A stretch of 64,000 nucleotides of DNA, from NCBI GenBank assembly GCA_963823665.1, contig CAWGMQ010000004.1, positions 2,400,001 to 2,464,000 of the forward strand, given 5' to 3'. The notes under the pieces were generated by a model. It made no database searches. It was not told where the DNA came from and worked only from the letters and a program-made list of their open reading frames with translations. Position 1 is the stretch's first letter; every line of letters begins with the position of its first letter. This document shows positions 47,539 to 58,172 of this stretch, one piece after another. A program made the translations under genes and the position numbers. The DNA is from an uncultured Planctomycetota bacterium. Lineage in GTDB: Bacteria > Planctomycetota > Planctomycetia > Isosphaerales > Isosphaeraceae.

Positions 47539-48858
47539 TTACTGGCTTCCGCTGCGGGACGTGTCCTGGGCACTCAAGCGATGAAAGTTGGCCAGCCCGG
47601 GCTCTGCGTGCTTGCTGTAGTAGTCAGCGAGCACGCCATGGGTTGGCGCATGGCGTGGATTTGCACGCAGGATCTCCTTGGTCCACTTGAGCCCTTCGTC
47701 CTCGTGCCCGTGTTGCATCATCCATTTCGCGATCTGGAACCGTGTATCAAGGTCGCTCGGGTTTTTGAGGACGGAGTACCGGAGCTGGACGATCTGGTCG
47801 TGCTCTTTGCGCAAACGTGTTGCCTGGGCAAGTTCTGTTTTCGCCTGGTCGGCATTGCCGGCGAGCTTGAGAGCCTGGGCGTACGAGTAGCGAACTTCGT
47901 GGTCGTAAGGCTCGATCGCAGTCAAGAGTTTGAGGCATTCGCACGCTTCCCGAACCCGACCCAGGCGTAGATCGAGCTGCCCGACCTCTTTGAGTGTCTC
48001 GGCGTCGCGTGGATTTGTGTGGAACGCGGTTTCAAAGTACTGGCCGGCGTCTTCGATATTGCCTTGCTGAAAGGCATTACGCCCCAGTCCAAGGAAGCGC
48101 CGTGGTGTCTTTCGGCCGGCACTTGAGATACGCTTCGAATTCTTCCCTGGCTTCGTCGAACGGCGGTCCTTGCTGAGTGCCTGCGCCAGGCCCAAACGGG
48201 CCTTATCAAGATTCGGATCGCGATCGAGTGCGGCCCGATAGTTCTGGATCAAGACCGCGGTTTCGGCGCTCGACCGCGAGGCGATCTCATTGCTCCAGAG
48301 GCAGGGCTCCGGATCCTGCGGCGCGAGTGCTCGCCAACGCTCGATCGCCCTGGCGGCTCGATCCATCCGGTACGACATCAGGTAGATCTTCGCCAGCTCC
48401 TTGGCAACCATCTCGCGCGGATCGGTCTGCTCGAGAAATGCGCGTTCGAGAACGGGCTCGGCCTGGCTGAACCGGTCTGCCCGAGCATGATAGATGGCGG
48501 TCAGGCAATCGAGGCGGCCCTGGTCAAAGCCCATTTTTCGGGCCCGATCGATGGCCTCGACGGCCTCTTTGGGCTTGTTCTGCGCGAGTGCATCCCACGC
48601 CTGGTAATATTGAGCTTCGCCCGAACCGGGCTGCTCTTTCAGCCAGTGCTTAAGCTCCAGCCGCGAGGTCTCGTACCGACCGGCGGCGAAGGAGTCCCTC
48701 ACCTGGCTACCGAGGCGGAATGTTCGATATTGACCGATGGCAACAAAAGTGCCGGCCGCCGCAGCCAGGATCGTGATGATGATCGCGATCCAGAATCGGA
48801 CGGTCTTGCGGCTCTGCCGCGCTTGCCCAGACTTCGGATGTGTTGACAAGGATTCCAT
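47539..48858 (-). CDS. Membrane-anchored TPR protein
   Basis: N-terminal TM helix and helical TPR-like repeats. A short off-frame patch at about 48095-48165 is bounded by compensating indels. Confidence 0.85.
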   Translation of the reverse strand: MESLSTHPKSGQARQSRKTVRFWIAIIITILAAAAGTFVAIGQYRTFRLGSQVRDSFAAGRYETSRLELKHWLKEQPGSGEAQYYQAWDALAQNKPKEAVEAIDRARKMGFDQGRLDCLTAIYHARADRFSQAEPVLERAFLEQTDPREMVAKELAKIYLMSYRMDRAARAIERWRALAPQDPEPCLWSNEIASRSSAETAVLIQNYRAALDRDPNLDKARLGLAQALSKDRRSTKPGKNSKRISSAGRKTPRRFLGLGRNAFQQGNIEDAGQYFETAFHTNPRDAETLKEVGQLDLRLGRVREACECLKLLTAIEPYDHEVRYSYAQALKLAGNADQAKTELAQATRLRKEHDQIVQLRYSVLKNPSDLDTRFQIAKWMMQHGHEDEGLKWTKEILRANPRHAPTHGVLADYYSKHAEPGLANFHRLSAQDTSRSGSQ

Positions 48859-48864
48859 GGCATC

Positions 48865-50743
48865 TCACTCAGGAGCGCGGTGCACGCGGATGTGATGGTC
48901 GGTGAAGTGCGACTTGCGCAACGGTTCCTCAACCTGGGGCATGTGGCAGGCAATACACTTCTCCTTTGCATTGACTGGACAGACCCGTTCGTGGCCAGAT
49001 GCTTCTTGCACGGGGTTGCTCGCCGGCTTGCGGCTGTGGCAGCTCAGGCATTTTGCTTCGTAATGTGAGATCGTTGTGTCCAGGGCGCGGTGTGGGTCGT
49101 GGCAGGTGGTACAGCCAATTCGGTCTTTGCCAGCGATGAAACAGCGGCTGAAGAGGAAGGTCGTTCCCTGAGCACGGGTGAACTCCGGGTCGCTCGGCTC
49201 GATCGACCCGTCAGCGGCATGGCACTCGACACACGACTTGAGCCGCTGCTGCGAAGGGGTTTTTGCCGAAAGTACGATGGCCAGCTCCGCGAAGCCGGAT
49301 TCGGCTGATTTCACATGGTTTTTCCCTGGTCCATGACATCGCTCGCAGCCAATGCCGTGGTCATCACGCTTCCGGACCGCGGGCCTGCGAGCGAGTCAGG
49401 CGCCACGGAACGAAACCAGGTGGTATGACAGGAAAGACAACGGTCGAGCGTTTTTCGACCCAGCCCCATGCCGATGTGGTCACCGGCGTCACGGGGGGCG
49501 AAGTCGATGCCCTTGGTTGGCCCCCAGCTCTGGTCCAGGCCGAAGTACGACACGCGTAGCTCGCGATCGATGCCCGCTGTCGTCCCGGGCGAGCATGGTG
49601 ATCCCGTGCCGGCCGGACCCGACGGCATACAGCACAACGGCGCGGAAGAGGCGGTCTGCGTCGCGAGTCTCGAGCTCGATGCGGTCATCGCTCTTTCTGG
49701 AGAACGCGTGCGTGATGCTCGGGATTACCGGGTCAGGGACGGGCTTTTCCGGCAGGGGAACTTGCTTGAGGCCCGCACCGAATCGCAACGTCTGCGCGTG
49801 GCGGCTTTCCTGCTGTTGCTCGCGTGCGATCCGCGGATGGCACTAGCCGCAGCGACGCGAGCCCACGAACGGCGCCGGTTCAGGAAGGGCGGCTTCGGTC
49901 ATGCCAAAATCGCCGGCAAGTGCAAGCAGCTCGTCGGCACGCTCGTGCAGATCGAGCTGGAGCGCGGCCCGGCTCAAGAGCCACGCGGCCTCGCGATCAA
50001 TCGGCGCCGTTTGCGAAGCCGAGTGCTCGGTGCCAGCCGGTTCGATCAAAGGGTCAAGAAGCTGCACGGCCTCGGGCGTTCGACCAGTTTCCATCAAAAG
50101 ACGGGCAGTCAGCTTGATGGCGCCGGCGGTCGTCTTCACCCTGCGGAGCCCGGAGCGATCACGACTCCCTAGCCGGTCGAAGAACTCATCCTCCTGGGTA
50201 GTGTCGCTGGAATAACGAGCGAGGCCCAAGGCAAAAAGACCCAGGGATGCGCCGCTGCCGATTGATCGCAGCAGCTCGCATCGGCCAGCGGCCTCGTGCA
50301 GTGCGGAACGCTCGCTGCCGGTGGCCAATGTGATCCTGCGCCTCGAGCGAATCAAGAGCTGGAGCCGCGAGCGCGTGCTTGGGGTCGATTCGCCGCGCGG
50401 CCTCGAGCGCCGCCCATGCCAGAACCAGACGCTTGCGCTCGAGGAGTGCCGAACCTAGCTTGTAACAATCATCGGCGTGCCACTGGGCCTCGGGGATTAA
50501 ACGATAAAACGCAAACGCGCGGTCGAAACGGCCGGTCTCGATGGCCTCGAGTGCGAGGCTCCGTCTGCCGGCAAGCCGGTCCGTAGGCCGACTTCCGGCA
50601 CGCTGGCCAGTGCGGGAACCGTGGCCAAACCACGCTCTACTGACCCATGCCAACGCGGCAGCCCAGGCGAGCAAAACGACGAGGCAGACGATCAAACGGA
50701 TTCGCACGCTCAAACCAGCCAGGTGGTTCATCATGACGAACAT
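48865..50743 (-). CDS. Multiheme c-type cytochrome (c554-like) with N-terminal TM and TPR region; interrupted by about 3 frameshifts and one in-frame TAG
   Basis: Joined frames give CG*CH, CLSCH, IGCERCHGPG, CVECH, CTTCHDPH, CLSCH, CIACHMP and FTDHHIR. Confidence 0.82.
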
Positions 50744-51030
50744 TGTAGTGCAAATTCACCCGAACCAGCCAGAACGGCCAAGGGCTTGCACTCGGTGATC
50801 AAGAATTCCGCGCACTAAAAAAGCGAGACCTCCACCACAACACAGGAACGCGTTCTACGGTTGGACTAATTGGTGAAGCCCGCACTCGTGCTGCGCGGTC
50901 ATCGGGGGGCGCAGCGCGCATTTCAGGAAAAGGCTGCCATCTCGCCCAACAAGGGTTTTTTGCTCAGGCGGCGCGTGCTGGTTGCGACCTACACGTGACG
51001 TTGCGGGGCGAAGCCACTCCAAGGATACGC

Positions 51031-51147
51031 ATGAGACGCTGGTCGATTCGAGGATACATGCTCGCCGTGGGTTACACCGCCGCAGTGTTGCGGATCGGCG
51101 AGATCCTGCTCACTTTCTTCACGTCGCACAGTTTCGGAGGACACTAA
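51031..51147 (+). CDS. Putative 38-aa small membrane protein (not in the ORF track)
   Basis: AAGGA RBS; MRRWSIRGYMLAVGYTAAVLRIGEILLTFFTSHSFGGH*; the stop lies 1 nt before the next ATG. Confidence 0.45.
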   Translation: MRRWSIRGYMLAVGYTAAVLRIGEILLTFFTSHSFGGH

Positions 51148-51148
51148 A

Positions 51149-52696
51149 ATGCGCCGCAAGGGCGGAGGGCGGAGGGCAAAGGGCGGACGAAGGGTGTGGA
51201 AATGGGCGGGGAAGTGGTTTTACTTCGGTCCTGAGTCCTCCGTCGTCCGTCCCCGGCTTGGATTCACTCTGATCGAACTGCTTGTCGTGATCACGATCAT
51301 TGTGCTTGTGAGCGCCGTGGCGTTGCCCGTCGTCTTGCCAGCACTTGCCCACCGCTCAGTCAGCGAGGCCGCACGCCTCGTTCAAGCCAGCCTGGCCGGC
51401 GCCCGCGACTCTGCCCTGGACGCGAGCGCTCCAAGCGGGATCCGCCTGCTACCCGACCCAGCTTTTCCGCTGGTTTATCTCGCGAATGGTCAGATCGATC
51501 CGACCCAGCCGCTGGCTGCAAACCGCATCATCCCCATCGAATCGGCGCCCGAATACACCGAGGGCCAGGTGTCGGTTGTGATGCCGAATGCTCTCGACAC
51601 GACAACGAACGCGTACAGTCTGAGCATTCCGTATCCGCAATCAAACGGAGGTGGGTATTACCCCTCAGGTGCCTATAGTGGCGCGGCCGGGTCGAACGCG
51701 ACGGCGGGCAATGTGCTCATGATCAAGGAAGTCGTGGTCGCGAACAACTCGCTCAACGAGCCAACCTCCTGGTTCTGGAACATCCGTCTGGGCGACAAGC
51801 TTCAGTTGAACGGCTCCGGGATCTGGTACACGGTTGTCGGGCCGATGGTGATGACGCCGCAGCAGGGGAATACCGAGCTGTTCGTGAACGTGGGGCCGGC
51901 GGGAAGCCAGTCGCCGCTTTCCGACACCCAATTGGGCACCATCGTCTACCCCGAGTTCCTGTTCCTGGTGAACGGACTCGACGACAACAAGAACGGCTGG
52001 ATCGACGAGGGCTTTGACGGAGTCGACAACAACCTCAACTTCGAGGTCGCAGCGGGTGTGACACAACTGGCCGATGAGCTGGCCGAATGGGAGGCCGAGG
52101 CCTGGCCGGCCGCTTATCTGACTAATCCGCCCACCAACGTCTCCTACACAATCGCGCGACGCCCGGCGCCTGCCGCCAATTCTCGTGAGGTTTCTTTGCC
52201 TACCAACGTTGTAATCGACATGACAACCTGGGCCAACGCATACCAGGAGCGTTCGCAGCTCCCGCCCGGGGTAATCAATCCGTTCACGGGATACGTCGAC
52301 ATCCTGCTCTACCCGAACGGGACGGTCGTTCCCACCACGATCTATTCCACCCCATCGTCGTTCGCGATGACGGGTGCATTCTTTCATCTCTGGCTGGCGG
52401 AGCGCAGCGACGTCGCCGCGATCAGGGTCGACCAAAACGGCAACGCAGTACCCCAGGTTCCCGGCCAGCCGGTGTTCCTGCCGGTCGGGACCATCAAGCA
52501 GCAGCTCATTCAGCCGGCGAGCCCGTACACCGGGCAATCCCTGAAGGGCGAGTACCGGATCGTGACGCTCTTCACTCGCAGCGGCCAGATCACCACGAGC
52601 GATGACGTTTCGTTCGACAATCCGGTGAACCCCGCCAACGGGTCGACCTACAATCCGGGACTTCCATTCCTGGGGGTCGAACAGGGCGGTCGGTGA
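51149..52696 (+). CDS. Prepilin-type N-terminal cleavage/methylation domain protein (large minor pilin/pseudopilin, FimT/GspH-like)
   Basis: G|FTLIELLVVITIIVLV, then SVSEAARLVQASLAGAR; a GLDDNKNGWIDE putative Ca-binding loop; RBS GGAGG. Confidence 0.88.
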   Translation: MRRKGGGRRAKGGRRVWKWAGKWFYFGPESSVVRPRLGFTLIELLVVITIIVLVSAVALPVVLPALAHRSVSEAARLVQASLAGARDSALDASAPSGIRLLPDPAFPLVYLANGQIDPTQPLAANRIIPIESAPEYTEGQVSVVMPNALDTTTNAYSLSIPYPQSNGGGYYPSGAYSGAAGSNATAGNVLMIKEVVVANNSLNEPTSWFWNIRLGDKLQLNGSGIWYTVVGPMVMTPQQGNTELFVNVGPAGSQSPLSDTQLGTIVYPEFLFLVNGLDDNKNGWIDEGFDGVDNNLNFEVAAGVTQLADELAEWEAEAWPAAYLTNPPTNVSYTIARRPAPAANSREVSLPTNVVIDMTTWANAYQERSQLPPGVINPFTGYVDILLYPNGTVVPTTIYSTPSSFAMTGAFFHLWLAERSDVAAIRVDQNGNAVPQVPGQPVFLPVGTIKQQLIQPASPYTGQSLKGEYRIVTLFTRSGQITTSDDVSFDNPVNPANGSTYNPGLPFLGVEQGGR

Positions 52697-52724
52697 GCGG
52701 GAACGCCGAGCGGCGGGAGTGACG

Positions 52725-52771
52725 AAAAAAGGCGGCGTCTCTCTGGTTGAGGGAGACGCCGCCGGGTTTTT
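52725..52771. terminator. Bidirectional intrinsic terminator between convergent genes
   Basis: A6, then stem GGCGGCGTCTC/GAGACGCCGCC, then T5. Confidence 0.8.
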
Positions 52772-52802
52772 GGGCGGTTACGGATGACGATTGTCGATCC
52801 CG

Positions 52803-54372
52803 TCAATTGCAGGAGAAGCGGGTGGGAACGACAACGGGAACCAGCGTCGTGCGCTGAACGGCGATCTGGCGAGGCACGAGCCGGGCGACGGACCGGTTGA
52901 AAGTGACCGGAACCTGCTCGGGAACGGAGACAGCGACCTGACGGGAAGCGGTCTCGGCAACCATGCGGCATGTCGTCACGGGAACGCGCTCGACGTGCTG
53001 TTCGGAGACGTACTGGCAGGTCGTGACTGGAATGGTCTCGACCCGTTCCTCGGCGACATATCGGCAGGTGCGCACCTCATATGGTTCAACGTGCTCTTCG
53101 GCGACGTACTGGCAGGTGGTCACCGGCACGGTCTCAACTCGCTCCTCGGCAACCATCTCGCACTTGCGCACTTCGATGGGCTCGACGTGCTCTTCGGCGA
53201 CGTACTGGCAGGTTGTCACGGGGATCGATTCGACTCGTTCCTCGGGCACGTACCGGCAGGTGCGCACCTCGTAGGGCTCGGCACGCACTTCGGCGACGTA
53301 CTGGCAGGTTGTCACGGGGATCGATTCGACGCGTTCTTCGGCGACGTAGCGGCACGTGGTGACGGGGACCTGGCGGACCATTGTTTCGCGCACGTACCGG
53401 GTTTCCGTCACGTCTCGGACCACCGGTCGAGAGACGAAGACCCGCTCCCGTACCATTCGAGGCGGGCATTGAACGGCGATCGTCTCCGTTACCTTGCGCT
53501 TGTGGAAGCAACTAAAAAGCCCGCATGAATTGCAAGACGTCTCGACCACTGGAACGCGCACCCGGCGTTCGACAACCGGTCCGGGAGCCATTGTATATTG
53601 GCGCGTGTAATAGCCGCACTCCCGCACTTCCTGGCGGACCGTGGTCACCGGCCGGCAGACCGAGTAACGTCTGATCCACCATGGAGGTCTCGTAGACCGG
53701 CTTCATCACGCGATAGCGGCGTTCCTGGTTGACCGTTTGATAGACAGGCTTCATCACCGTGTAGCGCCGCTCGCGGGCTTCGGTTTGATAAACGGCCTTC
53801 ATGACAGTGTAGCGGCGTTCCTGGTTGACGGTTTGATAGACGGGCCGGCGCACGGTGTAGCGCCGCTCCTGGTGCTCGGTGCGAATCACCGGCCGGTAGA
53901 CTTGATACCGCCGCTCGTGATTCACGGTCTGATAGACCGGTTTGGTCACGGTATAGCGGCGCTCGCGGCGCTCGGTCTCATAAACCGGCTTCGAAACCGT
54001 GTAGCGCCGTTCCTGATTCACGGTCTGGTAGACCGGCTTGGTGACGGTGTAAGGCCGCTCGACGTATGAGGTCTCACTGACCGGGCGCATGACGGTGTAT
54101 TCTTCATTCCGATACTCCAGGCGAAAGCGGGTCTCCATGACGGTGACCGGCTCGCTCATATAGACCGTCTCGTAAACGGTCTGGTAGACCGTCTCGACGC
54201 GCGGCGCCAGGCATGCGACTTCAAACTGGGTCGCGATCACGGGAGCGGGAGTGCAGCTATGGCACGCACCCCCGCCATAAGTAGCCCAGGCCGGCGCGGT
54301 AAGACCGCCCCAGAGAAAGAGCGCAACGATCGCCGTGGCGATCGTTCGCTCGACTTTCTTGGCTTTTGACAT
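52803..54372 (-). CDS. Secreted 16-aa-repeat Val/Thr/Tyr/Cys-rich protein; frameshift near 53670
   Basis: ATG 54372 with RBS GAGGAG and a signal peptide ending AWA. About 11 x RRYTVxKPVYQTVNQE, then about 11 x VPVTTCQYVAEERVES; 48-bp DNA period. Confidence 0.85.
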
Positions 54373-54862
54373 TCGTAACTCCTCGGCGGATTCTCTCTTC
54401 GTCCCTGTCGTGATTCGCCAATCGTTGATCAACACGCCCCGGAGGAGTGCGCTGTCTCGTCCTTGAGGTCGCCTCCTGTCGAACAGGGTTTGAAAAGCTC
54501 AGCTAGAAATTCAAGAAACACCGGCCCGACAGCCGAAAACAACAAGTTGCGGGCTCAACCGATGAAGCGTCATCGTGAGTATATCACCGGCAAACTTGCA
54601 ATTTCGGGGCACAAAGAAGATTTACTGATCCCCGAGTTCGTCTTGTGCCGATAACGACGAGTTAACCGTCACGGACCGGCCACAGAATGGCAGAGCAAGC
54701 CGCGCGCCGTGCCTGAATGCGCATTTCGATGCGCTGGCAAGTGCCAGGATACTGGTGGCCAGATTCAGCCGACTGCCGTGGAGGCGCTTCAGGTTAGGCG
54801 CTTCGCGCACACCTTGAAGGCCCGGACCCAGGCGAAGGTGCCCAGACGAGAGGCCCTGTAAT

Positions 54863-55895
54863 TCAGGGCTTGGTTTGTAAACTTTGCAAAAGCTCGAGTG
54901 CCTGGCTTCGAACACCGACCAATCCAGATCTGGAAAGCTCTGTGATCGGTGCCACGAGCGACCTGGTGAGCTCAGGTGAGCCGTTCGAGATCGAGGTTCG
55001 CAGGGCGGACATCGCTTCGAGCTCGATCGCCTCGATCTTGTTCTGCTTCTCGGAGTCGCTGGGAATGTCGATGACTTTTGCGAGATCGGCAGAGGAGAGC
55101 ATTTCACGCAGTGTGGCCGCCGCCGCGGGATCGCCGCGCCGGCCGAGTGCGACAGCCGCATTGAATCGAACGTATCGGTCTTCATCGTGTGCGATTCGAT
55201 CGCGCAGATGTTCGACCGCGGCGCTGCCTCCGAAAAACCCCAGGGCGTAGACAGCCATCTGGCGCGCTTCAGGCTCACCGGAGGCCGCTGCCTCACCCAA
55301 GGCCTTCACGGCACCCGGGTCTTCAAGCTTGCCGTCGGAACCGCGCTGCTTGCTTTGCCAGACTGGCCGCTGCCGCAATCCGGATCGGCGTTGGATATCT
55401 GGTCGATAAAGCGCGCGACAGCGGCACGAGCGGATCGATTGCCTGGCCGGTGCTAGTCTTCGCTTCCAGAGTGCGGAACGCTCCCAGCGTGAGAGTAAGA
55501 TACTGGGTCAGCTTGGGATCGGCGTCCGGCTGGTCGAGATCGTGAGCAAGCAGATCTGAGAGCTCGCCGAGCAAGACCGGGTCGCTGGCGATTTGCGCGT
55601 CGTGCTGGATCAGGCTGGCCAGCTCGAAAGCGAGACGCCAATTCGCAGTCGGCGAACGAAGCTGGCGGACGTACTCGACGGCGTCTCGTTCGCCCCCAGC
55701 CAGCTTGCCGAACAGGAGCCAAACGATGATCACCACCACGACGACCGCCGCCGGTATCACGAACAACTGAACGACAAAGCCAGCCGAAGGCGGCTCGACC
55801 GGCGGTAGATCAGTAAGCGCTCTGGCCTTGTCGCGGTCGTCACTCGAAAGGCGGAAAGGATCGGCTGGCTGATCGTGCAAATCTGGCGAGCTCAT
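54863..55895 (-). CDS. Membrane-anchored HEAT-repeat protein; frameshift near 55337
   Basis: LPPVEPPSAGFVVQLFVIP plus a TM helix; HEAT-like RQMAVYALG and VRFNAAVALG; two ORFs join on removing one base. Confidence 0.82.
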
Positions 55896-55952
55896 CGTTG
55901 GGAATCAATCGTCTCAAGAGGAATGACGGAATGGAGATCGGACAATTCGAAC

Positions 55953-57425
55953 TCACACGGCATCTTCAGCGTTGCCCTGATTCAGTTTAGAGCCTGGGCA
56001 CGGCACGTCAAGGAAACGGCTCGTGCCGTGCCACAGGTAATAGACCGGTATTCCGGCGAGTATGCTGACGACAACCCAGGAAAAAACGATGGGATGCTCG
56101 CGGGCCGTCGCAACGGTCAAGAGAACGGTCACGACGAGGAAAACCGCGGGTGTTACTGGATACCCGGGTGTCCGAAACGGGCGGTCCAGGGCCGGCTGCT
56201 TGAATCTCAGAACGTAGATCGAGCTCACGGCGAGGGATGCAAAGATAGAGAGCCCAGCGCCCGCGTAGATGATCAGGTTCTCGAACGAACCGGTCCAGAG
56301 CAGGAGCAAAGCCACGCTCGTTTGGAGAACGGTGGCGACCACGGGCGTGCCGGCACGCGAGCTAAGCCGGGCCGCGATTGCGGGAAACTGACCGGCTTTG
56401 GCCATTGCGTAAATAACGCGCGGCCCTATCAGCACATAGGCGCTCAAAGTCGAGAGGAGCATCGTCCCGAAAATCATCGAGAGGGCCGTCGACCATTCTG
56501 GCCCGAACAGCCGAGCCGCAGCGATCTGGGCGATAGGTGCGACCGCTTCGCGTCCGATGTCGTTTGACGGATCATTCACGATCGCGCGAACGTCTGCGGC
56601 ACTGAGCGCCAGCCCGTAAACGACGTTGAGCAGCAGATACAGCACCGTAACGCCTGCCGTTCCGATCAGGATTGCCCATGGCAAGGTGCGCTTCGCGTCG
56701 CGGATCTCCCCCGCCAGATACGCGGCCGAGTTCCACCCGGTATAGGCGTAATAGATGTAGACCATCGATGACATCAAGGTCGTGGCAAGGCTTGCGTCCG
56801 CGGGGACGGCTCTGGAATCCCAAAGATTGGACGTATTCTGCCAACCGAAAAAGAGCCCCGCACACGCAAACGCAACCAGGCCGCAGATTTTGAAAGAGGT
56901 GATGAATCCCTGCACGCGCGCCGTGTGGGCTCGACTTGACACGTGAACAGCTGCAAAAACCACCAAAGCCGCGGTTCCGAGCGCCTGCTCAAGATAAATG
57001 CTCTCCCGGTTGGAAAACTTAAGCGGCGCGATCGTGTACTTGGCGAACGCGAACGCTGAAGCCGCGCTCGGCACTGCAAACCCGATCAGGAACGAGACCC
57101 AGCCTGACAAGAATGCCGGCAAGGGACCGTAGGCTTCGTAGAGATAAATGTAATCTCCGCCGGCTCTTGGAAGTGAAGCCGCCAGCTCGGCCAAGGTCAG
57201 TGCACCACTGAGCGCAGTGATTCCTCCGAGAACCCACAGCCATAACATCCACTGGTTGCTCCGCACGTCGAGAACCGTGAATCCGGACGTGGTGAGAACA
57301 CCAGTACCAACCATCCCTGCAATCACGATGAATGTGGCTGTCGGCAACCCAAAATCGACAGGCATATCGCGGCCGGCGTTGGCCCTACTATCGATAGAAT
57401 CCTTGTTTTCGTTGATTTTATTCAT
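55953..57425 (-). CDS. APC-family amino acid permease
   Basis: GMVGTGVL, AELAASLPRAGGDYIYL, YAYTGWN, AGEIRD, RPFRTPGYP and many TM segments; start probably 57425 rather than 57674. Confidence 0.92.
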   Translation of the reverse strand: MNKINENKDSIDSRANAGRDMPVDFGLPTATFIVIAGMVGTGVLTTSGFTVLDVRSNQWMLWLWVLGGITALSGALTLAELAASLPRAGGDYIYLYEAYGPLPAFLSGWVSFLIGFAVPSAASAFAFAKYTIAPLKFSNRESIYLEQALGTAALVVFAAVHVSSRAHTARVQGFITSFKICGLVAFACAGLFFGWQNTSNLWDSRAVPADASLATTLMSSMVYIYYAYTGWNSAAYLAGEIRDAKRTLPWAILIGTAGVTVLYLLLNVVYGLALSAADVRAIVNDPSNDIGREAVAPIAQIAAARLFGPEWSTALSMIFGTMLLSTLSAYVLIGPRVIYAMAKAGQFPAIAARLSSRAGTPVVATVLQTSVALLLLWTGSFENLIIYAGAGLSIFASLAVSSIYVLRFKQPALDRPFRTPGYPVTPAVFLVVTVLLTVATAREHPIVFSWVVVSILAGIPVYYLWHGTSRFLDVPCPGSKLNQGNAEDAV

Positions 57426-57686
57426 CAAAGAAGCCAGCGCAAGATGGCCAAAGACCGTATAATGGGTAACGTAATAGAGAAATCGATGAATTTTGAGTGA
57501 ACATCTGGAAAGTGGCGGTCGCAAAGCGAACAATAGTTGCATGAGGATGCTATCTATTACAAGGGATGGATTTTGGATACGAGGTGAGCCAGGGGAGTAG
57601 CTGAGGGTTTTGCCGTGAGTGAACTTCGGACCCGGAGAAGAGACCGTGGGTGGTCTCGTGCTCAGTGTGTCCAAGGACGGCTCTCG

Positions 57687-58013
57687 ATGCTTTATGAAGA
57701 CGAGGACGAAACCGGCACCGATCCGGCCGAGGCTTCGTCACCTCCCCCATCGGAAACGCCAATCAGCGCGGAGCGTGATCTCGCGCCTCCGCCCATCTTT
57801 CATCCACTGGCGTATCGCGGCGTGGTCGCGAACTGGCCAGTCGAATGGCGCGAGCGGTGGGGCCGGCGTGCCAATTCGCTGGAAGAAGGCGGCCTCTCCT
57901 GGAGAGATGCGGAGACACAGGCGTTCGTCGAGGTGTGGAATCAGCTCCGCCATCAGACCAACGGCCAGCCTGTCGCCGAAGCGCGGGGCGGGGCGGAAGC
58001 CGAACGGAATTGA
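57687..58013 (+). CDS. Small hypothetical protein
   Basis: Acidic N-terminus, then WRERWGRRANSLEEGGLSWRDAETQAF; start uncertain (57615 or 57687). Confidence 0.55.
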   Translation: MLYEDEDETGTDPAEASSPPPSETPISAERDLAPPPIFHPLAYRGVVANWPVEWRERWGRRANSLEEGGLSWRDAETQAFVEVWNQLRHQTNGQPVAEARGGAEAERN

Positions 58014-58093
58014 TCCGGATCACGGCGTGTTTGGTCGGGCTGTGAGGATCATCGCCGTTTCGGGGTGTGCTCCGCGCTTGCGTCGAGTTCATT

Positions 58094-58172
58094 ATTAGTT
58101 GGCGAGGGGGAAGTCCCTTCGCAGAGCGAAGGGCGACAATAATTAGTTGGCGAGTGGAAGTCCCTTCGCGGA
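58094..58172. repeat. Tandem REP-like palindromic repeat (about 48 bp); the second copy is interrupted by the IS
   Basis: ATTAGTTGGCGAG(G/T)GG..AAGTCCCTTCGC occurs twice. Copy 1 has the hairpin CCCTTCGC-AGA-GCGAAGGG; copy 2 resumes at about 59825 (GGAGCGAACGGCGACA). Confidence 0.8.

Noticed and set aside
49843..49845. Pyrrolysine or stop-codon recoding
   Set aside because: It is a single instance in an error-rich region, TAG is used as a normal stop elsewhere (e.g. 11199 and 60707), and no pyl genes are in the window.
52900..54100. 48-bp periodic repeats as a CRISPR or ncRNA array
   Set aside because: Variation is codon-structured and fits a 16-aa coding repeat. The plus-strand ORF 52791-53528 is its antisense shadow.
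57426..57674. N-terminal extension of the permease ORF (likewise 3146-3352 and 61952-62095 for their genes)
   Set aside because: The extensions look non-coding, and downstream starts fit the RBS or the domain boundaries better.
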